Both the position numbers and the translations under genes were made by a program. DNA of 22,938 bases from Pseudomonadota bacterium (GTDB taxonomy: Bacteria; UBA10199; 2-02-FULL-44-16; JAAZCA01), in NCBI GenBank assembly GCA_043822785.1, contig JBDRBN010000015.1:1-22938 (forward strand), written 5' to 3'. How positions within the stretch are numbered: position 1 is the first letter of the stretch; each line of letters begins with the position of its first letter. This document shows positions 17,222 to 22,938 of the stretch, piece by piece. The notes beneath the pieces are model-generated. The model saw nothing but the letters and a program-made list of their open reading frames with translations, did not search any database and had not been told where the DNA came from.

Positions 17222-18763
17222 ATGGACTCTAACCGTATACTAATACTCGACTTTGGCTCACAATACACGCAGCTCATTGCGCGCAGGATACGCGAGCAGC
17301 ACGTGTACTGCGAGATATGGCCGTGCACTCATTCAATCGACAGGGTGCGTGAGTTTAGGCCAAAGGGCATTGTGCTCTCAGGTTCTCCATCATCTGTTAC
17401 AGATCATGGCGCGCCTAAGCTTGATCCAGAGGTGCTTAGGCTCGGCGTGCCAGTGCTTGGCATCTGCTATGGCATGCAGTCCACAGCTCAGGTTCTTGGC
17501 GGAAAAGTTGCAGGCTCAAATAAACGCGAATACGGCCGGGCTGTAATTCAAGCTGTGGAAGGGCATAACCTATTTGCAGGTGTGCGCGAGTGGCCCATGC
17601 CAGTGTGGATGAGCCACGGCGATGCAGTAGATGAGCTGCCCTCTGGCTTTCGGGCCATTGCAAGGAGCGAAAATTCTCCTTATGCAGCCATGTCTGATGA
17701 GTCAAACCGCATAATCGGTGTTCAGTTTCATCCAGAAGTCGTACATACGCCAGAAGGCACAACCATACTCAAAAACTTTGTTTTCTCCATATGCGAGTGC
17801 GAGCCCACCTGGACCATGAAGTCATTTGTTGAAACCCAAGTGAGTTCAATTCGTGAGCGCGTAGGACAGGGCAAGGTTATACTTGGCTTGTCAGGTGGCG
17901 TGGATTCGTCGGTTGCAGCAGTGCTTTTGCACAAAGCAATTGGCGATAACCTTCATTGTATATTTGTGGACAACGGCTTACTCAGAAAAAACGAAGTGCA
18001 AAAGGTCGAGCAGGTGTTCCGCGATTCGTTTCACATAAACTTAGATGTAGTGCACGCATCAGAACGCTTTCTTGAAAAGCTTACAGGCGTGGAAGATCCG
18101 GAGAAAAAGCGCAAGATCATAGGCAATGAGTTCATCGCAGTGTTTGAGGACGAAGCCAGGCGCATTGAGGGAGTAAACTTCTTGGCCCAGGGCACGCTCT
18201 ATCCAGATGTGATCGAATCCGTATCGTTTAAGGGACCATCTGCTATGATAAAGAGCCACCACAATGTTGGTGGCTTGCCCGAGAAGATGGGGCTTCTGCT
18301 CATCGAACCTTTTCGCGAGCTATTTAAAGACGAAGTGCGAGAGGTTGGAAAACAGCTTAGCCTTCCGACCGAGATCATTCAGAGACAGCCGTTTCCAGGG
18401 CCAGGCCTTGCAGTGCGAATTGTAGGCGATGTGACAAAGAAGAGGCTCGATCTATTAAGAGAGGCAGACGATATCTTGATGCATGAGATCAAAGCTGCAG
18501 AGCTTTATAATGAGCTGTGGCAAACTTTTTGCGTGCTCCTTCCTGTGAAATCTGTTGGTGTGATGGGTGACGAGAGAACATATGAGAATGTGGTTGCCAT
18601 AAGGGCAGTGACGTCAGTTGACGGCATGACAGCCGATTGGGCCCCGCTTCCACCGAGTCTTCTCGGCCGCATATCAAACCGCATCATAAATGAAGTGCGC
18701 GGAATCAACAGGGTCGTCTACGACATCTCCTCCAAACCCCCAGCTACTATAGAGTGGGAATAA
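17222..18763 (+). CDS. guaA: Glutamine-hydrolyzing GMP synthase
   Basis: LDFGSQY, GICYGMQ, QFHPE, SGGVDS and KPPATIEWE. Confidence 0.98.
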   Translation: MDSNRILILDFGSQYTQLIARRIREQHVYCEIWPCTHSIDRVREFRPKGIVLSGSPSSVTDHGAPKLDPEVLRLGVPVLGICYGMQSTAQVLGGKVAGSNKREYGRAVIQAVEGHNLFAGVREWPMPVWMSHGDAVDELPSGFRAIARSENSPYAAMSDESNRIIGVQFHPEVVHTPEGTTILKNFVFSICECEPTWTMKSFVETQVSSIRERVGQGKVILGLSGGVDSSVAAVLLHKAIGDNLHCIFVDNGLLRKNEVQKVEQVFRDSFHINLDVVHASERFLEKLTGVEDPEKKRKIIGNEFIAVFEDEARRIEGVNFLAQGTLYPDVIESVSFKGPSAMIKSHHNVGGLPEKMGLLLIEPFRELFKDEVREVGKQLSLPTEIIQRQPFPGPGLAVRIVGDVTKKRLDLLREADDILMHEIKAAELYNELWQTFCVLLPVKSVGVMGDERTYENVVAIRAVTSVDGMTADWAPLPPSLLGRISNRIINEVRGINRVVYDISSKPPATIEWE

Positions 18764-18952
18764 GTCAGTGCTCGGCATGTGCAATTTTTTCTGCGGGAGG
18801 GTTGCTTCCCACGCTAGCGACTTCCCTCCAGGTTACTCATTGCGCCTGCCAAAGATCGTTGGCGGGCGCAAGTCAATTGTATTTGGTCAAAACGTCGATG
18901 CTCAAAAGCAACCCTCCCTCCGAAAATTGGCACACGCGAACAGTTTGCTGAT
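18764..18952. other. ~190-nt rod-like imperfect palindrome (structured RNA or repeat element)
   Basis: Perfect 13-bp stem at 18795-18807/18906-18918, apical stem at 18840-18852/18859-18871, additional outer pairing. Confidence 0.7.
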
Positions 18953-18964
18953 ACGCTTCAGATG

Positions 18965-19217
18965 ATTAGCTTGGGGTAGGTATTTTCGGTTCATCGCCGG
19001 GAGGCGGCGGGGCCCCCATCGCGGCGAGCTGGATGTGGAGACGCTAGCAGAACTGCGTAAGTCACAACAAAGACTTAGGCCGAGCAACCTATTCGGGCGA
19101 AGGCCTAAGTCTTTGTTGGTGACACGCAGTTTGAGTGGGGAGGGTCCGCAGCCAGCGAGACCGCGAAAGGGGAGCTGCCGGAGGCGCTAGAACCGAAAAT
19201 ACCTACGCCAAGCTAAT
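18965..19217. other. 253-nt rod-like palindrome with 28-bp terminal IR (MITE-like or ncRNA)
   Basis: 27/28 IR at 18965-18992/19190-19217, perfect 17-bp inner stem at 19065-19081/19102-19118, GC-rich interrupted stems between them. Confidence 0.78.
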
Positions 19218-19275
19218 TGGCCAAGGCGCTAGAACCAAAACCAATGCTCCCAGCCAATAGATATGAGCGAGATGA

Positions 19276-19305
19276 TTGATTATTTCTGCATAGTGTGGTT
19301 AGTCT
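19276..19305 (+). promoter_or_regulatory. Possible sigma70 promoter for dnaE
   Basis: TTGATT-N18-TAGTCT ending 9 nt before the ATG, which would give a very short leader. Confidence 0.3.
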
Positions 19306-19314
19306 AACAGGTCC

Positions 19315-22300
19315 ATGCAACACTCTAATTTCGTCCATCTGCACGTGCATTCATACTATAGCCTCCTTGATGGTGCAGCGCCGATACATGTGCTTGCTGC
19401 GCGCGCCAAGGAATATCGCATGCCTGCGCTGGCCATCACTGATCATGGCAATCTTTTTGGAGCCATAGAATTTTATCAAACCCTGTCAAAAACTGGCGTC
19501 AAACCCTGCATTGGCGTTGAGGCATATCTGCTCACCAAGGGCAGCCGGTTTAAGCGCGATCTCAAACAGGAAGGAAGGCTCTCGCACATCACGCTTCTTT
19601 GCAAGAACCGCGAGGGATACAAAAACCTGTGTCGGCTCATAAGCACGAGCTACCTGGATGGCTTTTACTACAAGCCGCGCATTGATAAGGAAGTTCTTAA
19701 AGAACTAAACGGCGGTCTCATCGCTTTATCTGGCTGTTTAAAGGGCCAGGTGCCAAGCGCACTTTTAGAAGGTAGATTGGATGAGGCCAAAGCTGCAGCA
19801 GAAGAGCTTGCGCAAATCTTTAAAGACAACCGCTTTTTCCTAGAGCTACAGGATCAGTCTTTGCCAAAGCAGGCTGATGTTGCGAGCGCGATGATAGAGC
19901 TTGGAAAGGAGCTGGGCATTGGCGTTGTAGCTACCAACGACGTTCACTACATTAACCGCGAAGATGCCCCTGCACACGATGCACTGCTGTGCATTCAAAC
20001 GGCTAAGACCATTAGCGAGCCAAACCGGATGAAGTTGGGCACTGATGAGTTTTATCTCAAGTCGCCTGAAGAGATGACAGAGCTTTTTAAAGATTGTCCT
20101 GAAGCAATTGACAACACGGTTGCTATAGCAGAGCGGCTCAATCTTGAATTTGACTTTAAAACATACCACTTTCCAAAGTTCATTCCGCCAGATGGCCGCG
20201 ATCTTGCTTCCTACTTAGAAGAACGCTCGCGCCAAGGACTTGAAAAGAGGCTTGTTGCTATTTTCAAACGGCACAATGAAGATCATATTGAGTTACGCAA
20301 AAAATATGAAGAGCGCCTTGCCGAGGAGTTAAGTGTTATAACAAAGATGGGCTTTGCTGGTTACTTTCTCATCGTCGCGGATTTTATAGAACATGCTCGT
20401 AGTATTAAGCTGCCAGTTGGGCCTGGCCGCGGCTCTGCTGCTGGCTCGCTCGTTGCCTACTCGCTTGGCATAACTAACATCGATCCACTCGAACACGCCC
20501 TTCTGTTTGAACGATTCCTAAACCCTGAGCGCATAAGCATGCCTGATGTCGATATCGACTTTTGCATGCGTCGCCGCAGCGAGGTCATTGAGTACGTAAG
20601 CAAAAAATATGGCAATGTCTGTCAGATTATAACGTTTGGAAAGATGAAGGCCAGGGCAGTGGTGCGCGACGTGGGTAGAGTTATGGGCCTTCCCTATGGC
20701 GATGTGGACAGGATTGCAAAGCTCATTCCTGCAACGCTTGGAATGACGCTTGAAGAGGCGCTGGCCATAGAACCTAAACTTAGCGACATGGCACGCAAGG
20801 ACCCGCAGATCAAACATATGCTAGAGATCTCGCAGCGGCTTGAGGGCTTTCCTAGACATGCATCCACTCATGCTGCAGGCGTTGTGATTTCGGATCAGCC
20901 TTTAACAGAATTTGTTCCTTTGTATCGTGGACAAAAAGACGAAATCGTAACCCAGTTTGACATGAAGTGCGTAGAGAAGGTGGGGCTTATCAAGTTTGAT
21001 TTCTTGGGTCTTAAAACCTTGACCGTCATCGACGACACTCTAAAACTCATCCTGCAGCGCAGCGGCAAACGAATAGACATCGATGAATTGGCGCTCGATG
21101 ATCCACTCGTATATCAGAAGCTGTCAGAGGGAGATACGGCCGGCATATTCCAGCTAGAAAGCTCAGGCATGACCGATCTTGTGATGAAGCTCAAACCCAA
21201 CTTGTTTGCTGATATCGTAGCTCTTGTCGCGCTGTTTCGGCCAGGACCCTTGGGATCTGGTATGGTCGATGACTTCATAGACCGCAAACACGGCAGAAAG
21301 GCCATACGCTACGAGCTTCCCCAGCTCGAGGGCGTACTCAAAGAGACCTACGGCGTAATAGTGTATCAGGAACAGGTCATGCAAATCGCAAACCTGTTGG
21401 CAAATTACAGCCTGGGCGAAGCAGATATTCTCAGGCGCGCCATGGGTAAGAAAAAGGCTGCGGAGATGGCTACGCAGCAAGAGCGTTTTGTGAATGGCGC
21501 TTTAGCAAATAAAATTTACAAGAGAAAGGCTGAACAGATCTTTGAGCTCATGGCCAACTTTGCAGAATACGGCTTCAACAAAAGCCATTCAGCAGCCTAT
21601 GCCATGGTCTCGTACCAAACTGCGTATCTCAAATTCCATTATCCTACAGAATTTATGGCAGCGCTTCTCACAGCTGAGAAGGATGTGACTGACAAGATAC
21701 TCGTATACATCAATGATTGTCGTGCACACGATATCAAAATCCTTCCGCCAGACGTCAATGAGAGCGTCAGAGATTTTTCAGTTGTAGAAGAGCGCATCAT
21801 TCGGTTTGGGCTGGCTGCGGTCAAAAATGTGGGCGAGGGTGCAATCGAGAGCATCATGGCTGCAAGGGACGAGGGTGGCCCTTTTAGATCTCTGTTTGAT
21901 TTTTGCGAGAGAGTTGAGACAAGAAAAGTAAATAAGCGCGTGATCGAAAGCCTTATTAAGTGTGGTGCGTTTGACTTTACTGAATCAGCGCGTGCAGCGC
22001 TTTTGGCTGCGCTGGACCGTGCCATGGAGATGGCAGCATCCAGACAACGCGATAAACAAGTGGGCCAAGAGAGGCTGTTTGATCTGCTGCCTCAAGATCA
22101 AGCTATAAGCGCTGAGCCTGAGCTGCCTGACGTGTCAGAGTGGGGCGAGAGGCAGCTTTTGGCTTATGAAAAAGAATCGCTTGGTTTTTATATCACAGGA
22201 CATCCTCTTGCACAGTATGAGGAGCTGCTAGGACAATATGCCAATTTTGATACAGCTACTATCTCTGATGCGGGTGATAATCAGGAGGTAAGGCTTGGTG

Positions 22301-22782
22301 GCATGGTGGCTAAGTTGCGCGAGATAACAACTCGCAAGGGCGATCGCATGTGTTTTGCCACGGTCGAAGATCTCAAAGGCTCTGTTGAGGTGATCGTGTT
22401 TTCTGATGTTTATTCTGAGTCCATGCAGCTCATCAAGGGTGATCGTCCCTTATTTATAATCGGAACGTCCGATACTGATGGCGAAAACGCAAAGATCATC
22501 GCCCGCAGGTTAATACCCATAGATGAGGTCTCAAGAGAACTCACAAAGAGCGTTCATTTCTTTCTCAGGCAGCCAGAAGTCACTGCCAACCATCTATCAC
22601 AGCTTAAGAATGTGCTTTCAAGACATCCAGGTGATTGTCCGGGTTTTGTGCACCTAGTTGTTCCAGATAAGACCGAGACAGTGCTCTCTTTGCCCGACGA
22701 ACTTAAACTCGCGCCCACGCCCCAGCTGGTTTCTGCAGTGAACAAACTCTTTGGGCACAGCGTAACCAGGTTTGTTTCGTAA
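19315..22782 (+). CDS. dnaE: DNA polymerase III alpha subunit
   Basis: PHP domain HLHVHSYYSLLDG, GRGSAAGS, PDVDIDF, KFDFLGL, FNKSHS and OB fold. 1155 aa with no intein-sized insertion. Confidence 0.98.
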   Translation: MQHSNFVHLHVHSYYSLLDGAAPIHVLAARAKEYRMPALAITDHGNLFGAIEFYQTLSKTGVKPCIGVEAYLLTKGSRFKRDLKQEGRLSHITLLCKNREGYKNLCRLISTSYLDGFYYKPRIDKEVLKELNGGLIALSGCLKGQVPSALLEGRLDEAKAAAEELAQIFKDNRFFLELQDQSLPKQADVASAMIELGKELGIGVVATNDVHYINREDAPAHDALLCIQTAKTISEPNRMKLGTDEFYLKSPEEMTELFKDCPEAIDNTVAIAERLNLEFDFKTYHFPKFIPPDGRDLASYLEERSRQGLEKRLVAIFKRHNEDHIELRKKYEERLAEELSVITKMGFAGYFLIVADFIEHARSIKLPVGPGRGSAAGSLVAYSLGITNIDPLEHALLFERFLNPERISMPDVDIDFCMRRRSEVIEYVSKKYGNVCQIITFGKMKARAVVRDVGRVMGLPYGDVDRIAKLIPATLGMTLEEALAIEPKLSDMARKDPQIKHMLEISQRLEGFPRHASTHAAGVVISDQPLTEFVPLYRGQKDEIVTQFDMKCVEKVGLIKFDFLGLKTLTVIDDTLKLILQRSGKRIDIDELALDDPLVYQKLSEGDTAGIFQLESSGMTDLVMKLKPNLFADIVALVALFRPGPLGSGMVDDFIDRKHGRKAIRYELPQLEGVLKETYGVIVYQEQVMQIANLLANYSLGEADILRRAMGKKKAAEMATQQERFVNGALANKIYKRKAEQIFELMANFAEYGFNKSHSAAYAMVSYQTAYLKFHYPTEFMAALLTAEKDVTDKILVYINDCRAHDIKILPPDVNESVRDFSVVEERIIRFGLAAVKNVGEGAIESIMAARDEGGPFRSLFDFCERVETRKVNKRVIESLIKCGAFDFTESARAALLAALDRAMEMAASRQRDKQVGQERLFDLLPQDQAISAEPELPDVSEWGERQLLAYEKESLGFYITGHPLAQYEELLGQYANFDTATISDAGDNQEVRLGGMVAKLREITTRKGDRMCFATVEDLKGSVEVIVFSDVYSESMQLIKGDRPLFIIGTSDTDGENAKIIARRLIPIDEVSRELTKSVHFFLRQPEVTANHLSQLKNVLSRHPGDCPGFVHLVVPDKTETVLSLPDELKLAPTPQLVSAVNKLFGHSVTRFVS

Positions 22783-22803
22783 TTCCTTCGATATTCGAAT
22801 TTC

Positions 22804-22938
22804 CACTGCTGTCGCGTTAGAGGTGTTAACTGGTTGAAATATAAGAATTCATTTTTCTCATGTCTAGGTGTCATTGCGAGGAGCGTTTAGCGACGAAGCA
22901 ATCTCCCGCAAACACAGGTTATAAGGGGATTGCTTCGC
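22804..22938. mobile_element. Second MITE copy, inverted, cut by the window end
   Basis: 133/135 identical to the reverse complement of 17044-17178 by manual alignment. Confidence 0.9.

Noticed and set aside
18754..19087. 61-65 aa ORFs between guaA and dnaE
   Set aside because: They span palindromic elements, lack an RBS and are better explained as chance frames
18764..19217. tRNA, purine riboswitch or integrase island after guaA
   Set aside because: No cloverleaf or T-loop motif, the position is 3' rather than 5' of guaA, and no integrase or duplicated guaA 3' end is seen
22554..22874. 106-aa minus-strand ORF
   Set aside because: It starts inside the MITE and runs antisense to dnaE

Overview
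Bacterial chromosomal window that looks deltaproteobacterial (inference from gene order). Most of it is housekeeping: miaB, a DUF151 nuclease, a VanZ-like protein, a gamma-carbonic anhydrase, tilS-ftsH-folP, glmM, guaA and dnaE. The left end carries two divergent OPT-family peptide transporter paralogs that flank a SnoaL/NTF2 gene, with a PqqD/RRE-like gene coupled to the second transporter. An accessory block between folP and glmM holds a small membrane protein, a small-protein/retropepsin gene pair and an intact IS1111-type (IS110 family) element. The element's downstream non-coding region contains readable guide segments matching both its reconstituted target (the near-palindrome GTGCCWGGCAC) and its own circle junction. 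Intergenic DNA is dense with palindromes: a ~188-bp MITE wrapped around a REP-like hairpin, two long rod-like hairpins between guaA and dnaE, heptamer and nonamer arrays, and a dispersed AAWTTGCTCCGTC motif. No CRISPR, rRNA or tRNA was seen.
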